Source: Octopus vulgaris (lineage: Eukaryota). Taken from it: a stretch of 64,000 nucleotides of DNA. The translations under genes were made by a program, and so were the position numbers. The notes beneath the pieces are model-generated. The model saw only the letters and a list, made by a program, of their open reading frames with translations, was not told the origin of the DNA and did not search any database. The number at the start of each line of letters is the position of its first letter. The stretch's first letter is position 1. The stretch is taken from assembly GCA_951406725.2 (NCBI GenBank), contig OX597820.1, positions 15,190,001 to 15,254,000 of the forward strand, in the 5' to 3' direction. This document shows positions 51,901-64,000 of this stretch, in pieces.

Positions 51901-53307
51901 TAAATTAAATTTCATGTATATGTTGAATGGTGAACAAAAAAAGAAAAAAAAGTTTCAAGTGCTAACTATATAGTTTCCATACTTCAACATATAGGAAAGA
52001 CTTCCTGTTCCTCTATTCTCCCCAGTTATAAACCTTCCCACACTATCATTATAATATCAACCATATTCATCACAGAACATCTCTACTTTACTGACCCAAG
52101 TGAATCCCAATAAACTACTAGCATCGCTCTTCCTCTCTGGATGCATCATTGTATTACAATAGCCAAATAAATAACAGACATTGAATTTACGTATATTTTC
52201 CTTGTGCTGGTAAATTAAAACCCTTAAATGCAGACAATTTTTGGAGATTATAACATTTTACGGGGGGTAAAATTATTAAACTTGAGTAATGTAAAGCAGT
52301 AAACGTGAACAAAGCAAATTATTAATATGTAAAATATTTTCACATCAATTAAATTTTAAAATAATTAAAAAGCTCATCGTTTGTTAATTATAAAGTAAAC
52401 ATTTTTCTTTTGTTTTTAGTTTTTTCTCTGTAATTTGAATTAGCTAAAGAGTATATAATTGAGAGATTTTACTTGATGTATTAGCATCTAAGTTATTTGA
52501 AAAATATGTGAACAATTTTACTAATATTTAATTAAAGAAAAACTGAAATTAACAAAGTACTATAATTGAAGTTGTAAATACACTTGCTGCTAATTATAGC
52601 AAGACTTATTAATTACATCTTCATTTCAATAAATAAGTAAATTACACCCAGTTACTTAATTACTTTACATTTAACTTGCAACATGACATGTTGCACCAAG
52701 CTGCGAAAGAGCAAGATTCCTACATTTTTGGATAACTTGAGTGTAAGTTAGAGTTATAAAAATGGATTATATCGTTAAGAAAGAATGCATCATCATTAAG
52801 ACCTGAGTAAAAACAGTTCTTTTTTTCAACAATCACATTTATCAAAAGATTGATTGCCAAAAGATGGAAAAAAAATTCTTTCTAAATCCCTACTATATTT
52901 GTGTGCTGCTTTTTTATTCCATTAATCTTAACTGAAATAGGTATTATGTCAATCAGTTTGGTGCTGAAACAGGTATAGTGCCAATCAGCTGAGATCATGC
53001 AATTAAAAAAAAAAAAAAATCTCTTCAATAAATAATGTATAAAATACCTTCCCTACATCTATGTGGAAATTCTGTAGTGTAGAAGAGAGAGCCTTGTACA
53101 CACAGAGCTGTTTTTTTTTTTTGTGATAAAAATACACATTTCCAAGAAAATGGTAAAAAGGAACAAATAATTAGGAAGGATGTTAAGAAATAAAACTGAG
53201 GCATGCTCGGTTATCATCAGCAAACTTAAATGGCACTGCCAATATGGCCACATGATGCAGTTAGGCAAACCAAGGGCAGGCAGAGGCATGATTTGAGGCT
53301 TTTTCAC

Positions 53308-53473
53308 CTAAATTGGGTGCTGAACAGCTTCTTTTACCCGTTTTCATACGCAATAAAGTTTTGCCCAGGGTAGGGAATACTCTTAACTTTCCCTTTTCTT
53401 CATCTTTATGACGCTCTTTAGGTAACGTACCATATCCATAAGGGTTATCTTTTTTCTTCGTTATTGGCGGTGT
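53308..53473 (-). CDS. PPFIBP1: Liprin-beta coding exon (TPPITKKK...KRSCSAPNL)
   Basis: Acceptor ttttttcatacag, donor G|gtgaaa, 166 nt, phase 0-1; KRxxSAPNL motif as in vertebrate liprin-beta. Confidence 0.93.
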
Positions 53474-55599
53474 CTGTATGAAAAAAGAAAATATATATGA
53501 ATTAGTAGAGGGAAATATGGAATACACCAAAAATACTGTTTGCTTTTTAACTAGGTACAAAATCCAAGTTTATAATTAACTAATTCACAACAAAGTCAAA
53601 TTATCAGTAGATATTTTATCAATTCTAAAGAGCTGAAAGACAAAACTGGCCCTGGCAGATTTGAAAGTCTCACACCAAACACCAAAATATATGGCACAGT
53701 ATGATATGTAACTCAATGAAGACATGATATATCTGGAGAAATGGTTAAACAATGATATAATTCAAATAATATTTTTCAAATTGTATCAAGTAAACTTTAG
53801 TTTTTTTTTTTTTTACAGAATTCACAGACCAAACAAATGTCACAAATTTAAAATAATAATAATAATAATAATCTCTGAAAAGCTGCCACTGCCTAAAATT
53901 ATTTACAATTATAGTTTTTATATAAATTAATTTAATACTACATATTAAAGCCATCATGTTTCTCAGACCTAATTAAAACACTTATTACTGTGAAAGGCTA
54001 AAACTAGGAAAATCTATTTGCTTTATATTAATATTTTGATTTTAAAACATTTAATTCATAATTTCTTGGTCCAACAAAATATATTTTGTTTCACCTATGG
54101 CTATTCTAAGTGACTGGACTTAGCTCCTTTCAACTTGTCGATCCTTGGAATATTTTGGTTTTATTAAATTTTATGTAAATTATCTTCTTGCAAGTAAAAA
54201 AGAGAAATATGCCTTTTCCAATTATAAATGTTTAGATATCCAGCCACGCTACAAATACAGCCATTGTACTATCATTACTAATCTAACTTAAGGGCATTAT
54301 GTTACTATAAAATAATGCTAAATATGTTAAAGCAGTCAAGCTTAACATTTTTGTTGCCATACGGGTTTTAATTTGTAAATACTTCCCCATGTTGGTGATA
54401 AACAAAGTTATATACATCATAACATTCACAGCGTTATAGAAGCATTGAGTGGTATATTTAATTAAATAAACTAAAATTGTGATATCTGTTAATATTTAAA
54501 GTGATTCAAATCAATGATTTGATAATGAAACTTGTGAAAAGCTTTAGCTTTTATTTGGATATGAACCATGAAAATCAATTCGCTTTATATTAAAATTTTT
54601 GTTTTATTTATTTTTATGTAAAATATCTTCTTAAAAGTGAACAAAAAGGATATAGTTAAATTATATTAAACACAATCAAGAGATCAATCACAAGCTACAT
54701 TTTATGAGCAACTAAATCAGGGAAGAGCCATTCTAGCTATTTGATAACACACAAAGCTGGTAAACTTATCCTATCCTTACCATCTGTATTTTCTTCTCAG
54801 TTACTCTCATCCTCATATAATGTTGGGTAGCTCTTCTATAGCAAGACAGCTTGCTTGCATAAAATCATCTTCCTCTCTCAAATGCATCTCCCACTTTGTC
54901 AAGGGGTCTTTTTTCATGCCCCGCCCATCTCATTACTTATTTGATGACTTCGTTTATGTCAGTGTTACAGAAAAACCAAAACCAAAAAAAACAATACACA
55001 GTGTAAGGTGGTTGGTGTTAAGAAGGGCATCCAGCTATAGAGAAACCATGCCAAAGCTGACACTGGACCTCGACACTGTCCTGCAGCTTGCCTCATCCTG
55101 TCAAAAGCATCCAACCCATGCCAGCATAGAAAATGCATATTAAATGATGGATGATGATCTGTCAAAATTTTTATCACACAACTGCAACATTATTCCTGAA
55201 AAGCATCAATGGCCATGTCAGAGTTGTGAGACAAAAATTCTGTCAACTCATGAAAATAAATTTCAATTCAAAGTGAAATTTAATAGCTTTGTGTGTCATT
55301 AAATGGTAGAATGACTCTTGCACAATGTATTTGCTTCAGTTACCACACGTAGTCTCAGATCAAGTCACCTGCTTGACAAGTACGACACTGAAATTGCTTT
55401 TTATGAATCTGAATGTAAAGGATTGTGCTCACAGCACAAAGACCCAGTACAGATATTACTCAAGAATTAGGTTTTGATCTGCTTAGATAATACTAGAAAC
55501 ATTTCTTTTTAAAGATTAACTATTAATTCAACAGGTAAATTGAATGATAAAACGAAAAAGAAATATCTAACAATAATAATAATAATAATAATGATAATA

Positions 55600-55790
55600 G
55601 TTTCAAATTTTGCCACAAGGGCAGCAAGTCTGAGGTGGGGTGGGGGGAATGAGTTGATTATATCGACCCCAGTGTTCAACTGGTACTTATTTTATCGACC
55701 CCGGAAGGATGAAAGGCAAAGTTGACCTCAGCAGAATTTGCACTCAGAACGGAGCGACGGGTGAAATACAGCTAAGCATTTTTTATCCAG
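55600..55790 (-). mobile_element. Family-C SINE within (TAA)n
   Basis: Conserved core atcgaccccggaaggatgaaaggcaaagttgacctc; TAA repeats on both sides. Confidence 0.85.
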
Positions 55791-57046
55791 CATAATAATA
55801 ATAATTTTAAAAATCAGTAATACAATGAAAGCCATGTACATGCAAGGGATAATACTGGTACATAGGAAAAAGAAATAAATTTTAAAAGCAATCCTACAAC
55901 TCTATGATGAGGTTAAAGCCAAGATAAATAAAAAATATATATATAAAAAAGACATTATTTACAATATTCAAAGAATTACAATAGGTAGAAAACATGCAGA
56001 TGGCATTTGAAGACGCACAAAATGAGAGGAAAACATGGAAAAAAAAAAAATAACTGAAAGAATGTTGCCAGACATTTGGCCTCCATTTGTATATTCACAA
56101 TAGTAAATGTTGTTTACAGAATTCATCCAAATACCTTTATGTTGCTGTTGTTACTATTTTGTTACAATGAGAAGAAATTTTGGTGGTAAGAATGGTTTGA
56201 AAGCAACTAAGAATCAAACCATCATAGTAATTCTCACTCACATCCATATTAATATAAATATAGAATTTGTAATCTTGGAGACAAAGAAAAAATGACCTGA
56301 AGCAGATTTGGAGTAGAGAGGGTAAGTCATTGATGGATTCATGAATAGCAACAAAAGGATTTTGACAAGCTTAGCTGTTTGATTGAATGATCAAATGATT
56401 AATCAATTAATTAATCAACCAATAAATTAATTGGTTAAATGGTTAAGCAATTGACAAATAAAAATAAAGAAGGGAAATAGAACCAGTGTGTGTGTTACTA
56501 TGGGCATAATGGCCCTTGTGAGATACAACATAACCATTATAAGTTCATAGAACCGGAGAAAAATTAGACAAAACATGAAACGTAATTATAAATGGATTCC
56601 AGACACATCATATGGCCATATTTATCTGGTAATCTTAACATGGGAAATGACAAGAGGAAGAATGAGAAGTGTATAAATGTAATTTAATCAATCCACGATG
56701 GAGGAACAAGCATTAATTACACTGGTATGTTAAAAAATTAATATTTGTTTTTTTGTTTTTTAGTTTCGGCTCAGAGCTGCGGCCATGCTGATGCACTGCC
56801 ATTGAATAATATTGCTTGGGCTTTTGTCGGCCCGAGGCTATAGTAGAAGACACTTGCCCAAGATGCCACGTAGTGGGACTGAACCCGGAGCCATGTGGTT
56901 GGTAAGCAAGCTACTTACCACACAGCCACTCCTGCGCCTTATTCTAAAAGATTATTAATATTTGTGGGTGTCAATGAAGTATATCAATATATAAGTAATT
57001 AAACTTTCAATAAATAATTAGTACTGAAAGAGGTAATTTCTTTTAA

Positions 57047-57220
57047 CCCTTTAGCATCCATACTACTCTACCAAATATAATGCTTGTTTCTTCACATTGT
57101 TTTGGATTAATCATGTATTGTCCCAAAGCTTTGAGATTTCAATGATGTTATTCCATTTTTAGAATGATATTCAAGGGTAGGTGTGAGAGGACAGATCTGG
57201 CTGGTTTAAGTGCTAATGGG
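57047..57220. mobile_element. piggyBac-type MITE (P2)
   Basis: TTAA-CCCTTTAGCA ... TGCTAATGGG-TTAA. Confidence 0.82.
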
Positions 57221-59429
57221 TTAATCCACAATGTATTTGTAATTCAAAGACTGTTTTTTATACACAAACACACACACACATGTGTGCATGCATGTGTGTG
57301 AAGGTGCATAGCTTAGTGGTTAGAGTGTTACAGTCATAATTGCAAGACCGTGGGTTTGATTCCCAGATGGGGCATTGCGTTTTGTTCTTGAGTAAAGCAC
57401 TTCATTTCAGGTTGCTCTGCAATCATTTCAACTGACATGTGGCAGACGGTGCACCTGTACAGGTAATGTCGATTTGATAGAGTGAGTGAGCTTATGTGAG
57501 CACAAAAATTTGATCACCATAAACAAATCATCTGAGTGGTTGTTCGGCAAGAAATTGTTGAACCCTCATATATTGTCCATTATATATATATATATATATA
57601 TATTTACATATAATCAAACGGAAATTGTAGTTGTGATACCTGTGCCGGTGGCACGTACAAAGCACCCACTACACCCACGGAGTGGTTGGTGTTAGGTAGG
57701 GCATCCAGCTAAAGAAACACTACCAGATCAGACTGGAGCCTGGTGCAGCCTCCATGGTTTCCCAGACCCCGGTCGAACCGTCCAACCCATGCTAGCATGG
57801 AAAACGGACGTTAAACAATGATGATGATGAAATGCATGAGCAAATATCAACCTTAGATATTTTGATCTTAAAAGTTCATGTAACAAGTCTAGGTTTCATT
57901 GCAGTTAAGATGTAGCATTCCAGGACGGTAGACATGAACAGGAAAAAGTAATTCGAAGTTTTAAAATTTAACTTCTTTATTTTCATTAAAACAACTGTCT
58001 CAAATGTTAGCACAAAGCTAGCAATTTTAGAGAAAGGAGTGCTCAACTGATATTTATTTTATCAACCCTGAAGTGATGGCAGGTGAAGTTGGCTCTGGCG
58101 GAATTTGAACTCAGAAAGTATAGACCCAGAAGAAATACCATTAAGTATTTTGTTTGATGTACTAACAATTCTGTGAGCTTGCTGCCTTATCGTCATTAAA
58201 ATAGCAAAACCAGAAATCTTAGTATCAGAGCTTTCCAGTCTGACTGCAGTAATCAAGTTTTAGATAATTTGTTAATAGAACATGTTGGAAAAAAACATTC
58301 ATTAGAGAAATGAGGTATATATGAATAGTCATGTGGGATCATGAAATGAGTAAGAAAGAATATTAAAATGCTGAGCTACTGAGAGCATCGCACTTCTAGT
58401 CTCAGAGTATAAGTAAATCTGCCTGACTGGTCAATTTGGCTAAAAAAATAGCTACTGTTGGTTAGAAAACATTGCTGATGGAATTATGTTTTGATATTCG
58501 ACACAAATTTGTCAAAAAATTTATGTTGAATGTCAAAGCACATGTACAATAATCACGTCAAACAGTTGCCATTTTTTTGTCGAATTGACGTAAATATCAA
58601 ATGTATTTTAGTAGATGAAAAACTATGAATACACAAATAGGAATTAAATGTAGGAACCAAGGAAGCCTATTAGCTGGATATAGTTTGGATATATATATTG
58701 TGGTCTTTGAATTCATATATATATATATATATATATATATCTTTAATTAAAAATAAACAGAGACATATAGAGAGGGACACAGACATGTAAAAGAAATACT
58801 GACAGACTGGTTCTTTTGATATAAACAAAATTCACAGAAATCTCAGATAGTTTTAGAGCTAATGAAAAGATATCAGAACAAAGTAATGTTCTAGAATATT
58901 TGTTGGATGAGGCAGTGGGGGTGGGGGGAGAAGTAGAGAAAATTGAAAGCAGAAACATAAGCATACATAAACAGAAATTATAAAATGACGGCGCTAATAA
59001 AAATTGCAGTAATAATGACAAGAAAGATTATGATAATATTTTTGCACAAGTATGAAATATCAAAATGTAAAGGATTGAAAATAGAATATTATGTGGATGC
59101 CTTCTTCTTCAAAGACATTGATAAGATAAGTAAATTCTAAGAACTTCACTCCTGCCCCAGTAAACAACATACTATATTTATCTATATTTATCCTCATTTA
59201 TCACTGTTCTAGAATAAGCTAATTGTGGACCATCCTGAGCTTATCACAAATTGTCTGATGATACAGGTCAGTGATCAGAGATTCTGCTTGGACAACAAAA
59301 ACTTGCTCAGCGACCATCTACAACACCCAGGACAACTTGAGATCTCAGAATGAAATCTCCCCTCCCCCCCAAACGTTTTACTGTTCACTTATCACTGATT
59401 CATTTCACAGTTTTTTTTATTTTTAAACC

Positions 59430-59760
59430 AAACATTCGTAGCCAGCACCGCATTGACTGGCCTCCGTGCTGGTGGCACGTAACAAACACCATCCGATCAT
59501 GGCCATGCCAGCCTTGCCTGGCCTCCGTGCCGGTGACACATAAAAAGCACCATCCGAGCGTGGCCGTTCGCCAGCCTCATCTGGCACCTGTGTCGGTGGC
59601 ACATAAAAAGCACCCACTACACTCACGAAGTGGTTGGCGTTAGGAAGGGCATCCAGCTGTAGAAACACTGCAGCCTTCGGGCTTCCCAGACCCCAGTTGA
59701 ACTGTCCAACCCATGCTAGCATGGAAAGCGGACGTTAAACGATGATGATGATGATGATGA
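59430..59760 (+). mobile_element. Family-B retroposon with modular repeats
   Basis: Three gtg.cggtggcac.taaaaagcacc modules; (GAT)7 tail. Confidence 0.85.
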
Positions 59761-60235
59761 TTCATGATAAATGAAGATAGCTGTAATAAGGATTTTCTTT
59801 TGTAATTAAAAATCTTCAAATTCGTAGAGAAAGGGAAATTCTTTGTCAAAGAAGAATTTCTAGCTGTAGCTATTTCACTTTTCATTAATTCTAAGAAGTT
59901 AAGTAACTACATCCTGAGATTGAAACCAGTTCATAAGGCTTACTTCAACCTGGGATTATCACTTCTTTGCCGTATTCATAAATGTGCATGTGTCCATGTA
60001 TGTATGTAAATAGCTATTTACCTATAGAAATATATTTTTTGTAGATATGTATGTGTGTATAAATGTGTTTTTGTATGAACTAAGAATATATCAGTAACAA
60101 CATCAAGAGAAATAATATTAATGATAATAATAATAATAATGAAAATATAAGAAATAACCATAACATAAATAAAGCAACAATAAATAAAAAAAAAACGACA
60201 ACAGAGAAGCTTTCTTTGAAGATGTTACAATTTAC

Positions 60236-60256
60236 CTGAATTCCCCAGAAAAAACG
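60236..60256 (-). CDS. PPFIBP1: Candidate 21-nt microexon of liprin-beta (RFFWGIQ)
   Basis: atttctcatatttcag|CGTTTTTTCTGGGGAATTCAG|gtaaat; phase 0-0 inside a phase-0 intron; no stop. Confidence 0.5.
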
Positions 60257-61011
60257 CTGAAATATGAGAAATATATTTACTTTTACAGAATTTCTATAAC
60301 TGGTGATATATATCTATAAGAGATAAATCTGTAAGTTTTTGCCTTCAATAATGGGTTATATCACTAAGTTTGGTGGTATGTAGAAGATCTGTATAAACCT
60401 TCAGTGCAAAGAAATAAAAATGTTCTAAACATTAAATGTAAGTAATTTTTATATAATGTGTTACAGAGGAAAGTAACGTCTTCATCATTTTGTCAATGCC
60501 TTCCTGAGTGTCTCTTTTCCACAGGTTCAATCTGCCTGGAGTGCTGCACACTTCTTTACACCTGTCATCCTTCACGTGTATTATATGCCCATAAAAGTTT
60601 TCTCTCTTGTGTACTTAATCTAACACCTCGTATCTCTAGTTTTTTTTTCTAACTCATTCATGCAAATTTCTTCATGTATACTAACATTATGTCTTCTGTG
60701 AAGCATGTTTGCTTCATTAAAGACCCATGCTTCACTCATGCAACACCACCACCATACACAAGCATTATACAATCTACTTTTTACCATGAAAATGGAAATC
60801 TTTTGTCAGTACAGAGATAACAGCTCCCTGAACATTACCTACCCTATTTTTACTCAGGCTATTATGTTTTTGGTACACCCATCATCATTGTTAATTATCA
60901 ACTACTTTTAACGAACCTTCCAAACATTTACTTACAAGTGAACAAACGAACAAAAGTAGTAATCAACGTATATAGTTAGAATTATATTTACTGAGTAACT
61001 GATTGATTTAA

Positions 61012-61232
61012 CCCTTCAGCATTTAAACCGGCCATATCTGGCCAAAATATTCTCCCTTGTTTTATGTTCAAATTGGCCAGATCTGGCCTCTCACACCAGC
61101 CCTACTATATAATTCTAAATATGAATAGTTACTTCATCAAAATCTCAAAGCTACAAGATAATGCAGGATTAATTGAAAACAATGTGAATAAATAAGTATT
61201 ACTTTTGACAGAATAACGTGAATACTAAAGGG
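61012..61232. mobile_element. piggyBac-type MITE (P2)
   Basis: TTAA-CCCTTCAGCATT ... AATACTAAAGGG-TTAA. Confidence 0.87.
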
Positions 61233-61699
61233 TTAAAGTTTCATGGATGTGGAAGCTCACCCATCTCCTCAGACATTCAAAAGCAATTGAAGAAAACCAA
61301 AAGAACTTCTTTATTAGAGAGAGGACTTAACCAGCTTTGCTCAGTTCAGGTCACATTGATGTTGTGATAACTCAACACAAGCAGATAATGGATGGAAGCA
61401 CTCCTTGTGTTAAAGCAGGCAGATAATAATGTCACTTGGTCAGTGTAGTATTTGGGGTGGTGAGAAATGGCTGATGTATGAGAGAGGGGGGGGGGAGATT
61501 AATGTCTGATGGTCAGTTACAGCCATGTGGATGTAGTGATAACTTTGCTACAACAGATGGTAAGTGAAGACTCACCACATGTTAAGGAAGATAAGATGTT
61601 AATGCCACTTCATCAGTGATGTGTACTGACCATTCATGGCACTGGATCACTGGAGGGCAGTAATCTCTGTACAGGCAGCATGCATAATACAGCCCAGTC

Positions 61700-62190
61700 C
61701 AGGGTAATATTTTGGGAATTATCAGGGGTCAATAGTTTGATGACAACAATATGAAATATCTGTGTTTCTAATAATGGATACTGCAATTTGTAGGAGTATG
61801 TACAGTGTTTCTCAGAGGCTAAAATGGCAATTATGAATTCAGGCAAGTAAGGTGGGACCCTGTTAAGTATACTCCATTTAATACTGGGTGAGGTGGGACA
61901 GAGGGGTGGAGTTTTTGTTGTACCTACACCTGGAGGAGTGCATATGCTGCAAGTATTTTCACTTGAAATTGTTGGCCATCATACTTGTACATTATCTCAC
62001 AATACCACTGGATGATGTGAGGGTGGATGTATGGACCATGGCTTTGAAGAGGCAGGATCCCAGTGGGCAGTTGGTAGGATTTCTGAAGTTGTAGGTGGGA
62101 GCATAGGATGGAGATTGTGCAGAAGCCTGTTTAGAAAATGCAGCACACACCTCAAGAACATAAAGATGCACATGGTGGAGCACAACAAGC
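61700..62190 (-). mobile_element. Penelope-like element remnant (GIY-YIG endonuclease region)
   Basis: NFRNPTNCPLGSCLFKAMVHTSTLTSS...SMMANNFK*KYLQHM...NSTPLS resembles a degenerate Penelope CNCR..CPL.G.CL..VY..YIG motif. Confidence 0.65.
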
Positions 62191-62194
62191 TTGT

Positions 62195-62494
62195 GGAGGC
62201 ACATGGCCTAGTTGTTAGAGCAGCAGACTTGCGGTCGAGGGATTGCGGGTTCTATTCTCAGACCGGGCGAAGAGTGTGCTTATGAGCGAAACACCTAAGC
62301 TCCATGTGGATCCGGCAGAAGGTAATGGCGAACTTCTGCTGCTTCTTTCGCCTCAACTTTCTCTCACACTTTCCTCCTGCATCTTGCAGCTCACCTGCGA
62401 TGGACCGGCGTCCCGTCCAGGTGGGGAACCTATATGCCAAGGAAACTGGCCCTTATGAGCCAGGCATGGCTCGAGAAGGAGCAAACAACAACAA
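62195..62494 (+). mobile_element. tRNA-derived SINE with (CAA)n tail
   Basis: A box tggcctagttgttagag, B box gggttctattctc, tail aacaacaacaa. Confidence 0.75.
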
Positions 62495-63028
62495 GCTTGC
62501 ATAAAACAGTTGAAAACACAATAATAATGATTTATGATTTAAGCACAAGACTGGTGATATTAAGGGGATGACGAAAAGTAGATTTGACATCAGTGGGGGT
62601 TGAACTCAGACCACAAAGAACTCGAACAAATGCCACTAATTACTTTTCTCAACAATCTGCTGATTCAACCAGCTTACCACCTTGAAATATGATAATGATT
62701 TCTTAATGGATTATATTGGTGTAACAATAATAATAATAAATGCTGAGCATCTATTACTGTAACTGCATTGAAAATGATGATAAACTTCTTTGTGAATTGA
62801 TGTGTTTTTGTTTTTGTATTTAAAGAAAACTGAAGATGCATCAGACTCTAAAGAAAATAAAAGCTACAATTACAACATCAGCTGTGTTAAAACAGCCAAC
62901 AAAATGAAAGATGATCCTTTATACATGATGCCTGACTTTAATGAATATATTACATAAAGAAAATAGAGGGTTCTTTTTTTTTCTTTTGATGTGTATTTAA
63001 AAATAATGAAAATAATAACAGCACTCAC

Positions 63029-63180
63029 TTTTTCTGTTGAATTTGATATTTCTTCACAACTGTTTGAACGAACAAAAGTTCCTGCCCGTTGATCTAATTC
63101 AACATCCCCCAAAGCAGGCGATATTGGACTAACTTGTGCTTTGTCTTGGCTGTTGGATCTCTGTTTCACTGTTGTACTGC
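63029..63180 (-). CDS. PPFIBP1: Liprin-beta coding exon (GSTTVKQRSNS...SNSTEK), low-complexity linker
   Basis: Acceptor tttaaag|GC, donor AAA|gtgagt, 152 nt, phase 1-0, joins the next exon in frame. Weak homology support. Confidence 0.8.
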
Positions 63181-63373
63181 CTTTAAATTTAGAAATGAAA
63201 GAGAGAAAAAATATTTCAATTTCCATAAGAAAAATTTATACACATTTTAAAAGATTTAGTATGTATACGTGTGTTTTGTATTTTTATTTTCATTTGCACA
63301 GAAGTTAAGAGAAGCTAGCAGTTAAAGTAATTGCAAATGACAGTAGATAAAACACAACCGAAATTTCCATTAA

Positions 63374-63596
63374 CCCTTCTGTTACCATATTTCTGTTGAG
63401 ATGATATGTGTTTCTTTCATTTCATATAAATATAACTAAGAGTTTAATTAAATAACTTAGTTATCATTAAGCTAGTGTTAGGAAGCTTAGTGTAATGACT
63501 AAGGTTTTGTGGAAGGTTTTAATTCAGAGATTTTGAAAACAAGACATTTGTATTACAGAGCCAGAGGTAGTTTTAACCAGGTTGGTATCAAAAAGG
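63374..63596. mobile_element. piggyBac-type MITE (P1)
   Basis: TTAA-CCCTTCTGTTAC ... AAAAAGG-TTAA; homologous to 22939. Confidence 0.82.
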
Positions 63597-63826
63597 TTAA
63601 AACTCAAGTGAGATAGCCTTTATCTATTACTTGTTTAAGTCATTGGACTGTGGCCATGTTGGGGCACATCTTGAAGGGTTTAGCTGAACAAATTGGCTTT
63701 AGTAACTAGCTTTTAAGTCTGGTACTTATTCTATCAGTCTCTTTTGCCTAACTGCTAAGTTACAGTGGGGTAAGCAAACCAACACTGGTTGTCAAATGAT
63801 AGTGAGAATGAGAAAGACACATTAAA

Positions 63827-63880
<54 letters not shown>

Positions 63881-64000
63881 ATACACACATGTGTGATGAG
63901 CTTCCACAAAGTTTCCATCTACGAAATTCATTTACAGACCATTGGTCAGCCTGGATGTTTGCTCAAGGTTCTGCCCATTAGGATGTAACCCAAAACAAGC

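Larger units (their letters stand above)
10203..63180 (-). other. PPFIBP1: Liprin-beta (PPFIBP1/2 orthologue) gene, 5'-incomplete; 13 constitutive coding exons in the window
   Basis: Spliced translation contains liprin-beta motifs KRSCSAPNL, EFRRGGIRATAGARLAWS, LHRKKLQLAL, WLDDIGIPQY, WSNHRVMEWLR, GSGVHGAL, LLRRHLSTHF and ends in SNV. All introns are GT-AG with matching phases. Confidence 0.96.

Noticed and set aside
52660-52725. Acceptor-like ttgctctttcgcag plus palindrome TGCAACATG-A-CATGTTGCA
   Set aside because: No phase-compatible donor, a stop after 13 codons and no clear poly(A) signal.
53261-53307. Intron read-through tail GEKASNHASACPWFA* after the SAPNL exon
   Set aside because: Fifteen open codons are expected by chance; no independent evidence.
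442-62504. Most short ORFs in the six-frame track (e.g. 4643-4969, 7543-7869, 12234-12545, 41763-42188, 49709-50023)
   Set aside because: They run through microsatellites or SINEs, recur with similar translations and lack splice or homology support.

Overview
AT-rich, repeat-dense eukaryotic DNA; the repeat and microsatellite content looks like a coleoid cephalopod, probably Octopus (recognised from memory, not searched). The window holds the 3' part of one minus-strand gene, a liprin-beta (PPFIBP1/2 orthologue). I assembled 13 phase-consistent GT-AG coding exons from 63180 to the stop at 10203 (1631 nt, about 543 aa), covering the pre-SAM region, all three SAM domains and a C-terminal ...TSNV. 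The 5' end lies beyond the window. Introns are filled with tRNA-derived SINEs, a (GAT)n-tailed retroposon, piggyBac, Tc1-mariner and hAT MITEs, and R4/Dong, RTE and Penelope fragments; a truncated tRNA-Glu pseudogene lies near the start. The best leads are hidden exons in the liprin-beta introns: a frame-preserving 21-nt microexon (60236-60256) and a 138-nt phase-symmetric cassette with one in-frame UGA-C followed by a stem-loop (46062-46199; terminal, poison or recoded exon). Other leads are a possible internal first exon, inverted repeats that could be ADAR substrates, a strong SINE orientation bias and TTAA-bounded duplications. No new system is proven by sequence alone. Exon boundaries were read base by base; most repeat boundaries are approximate.
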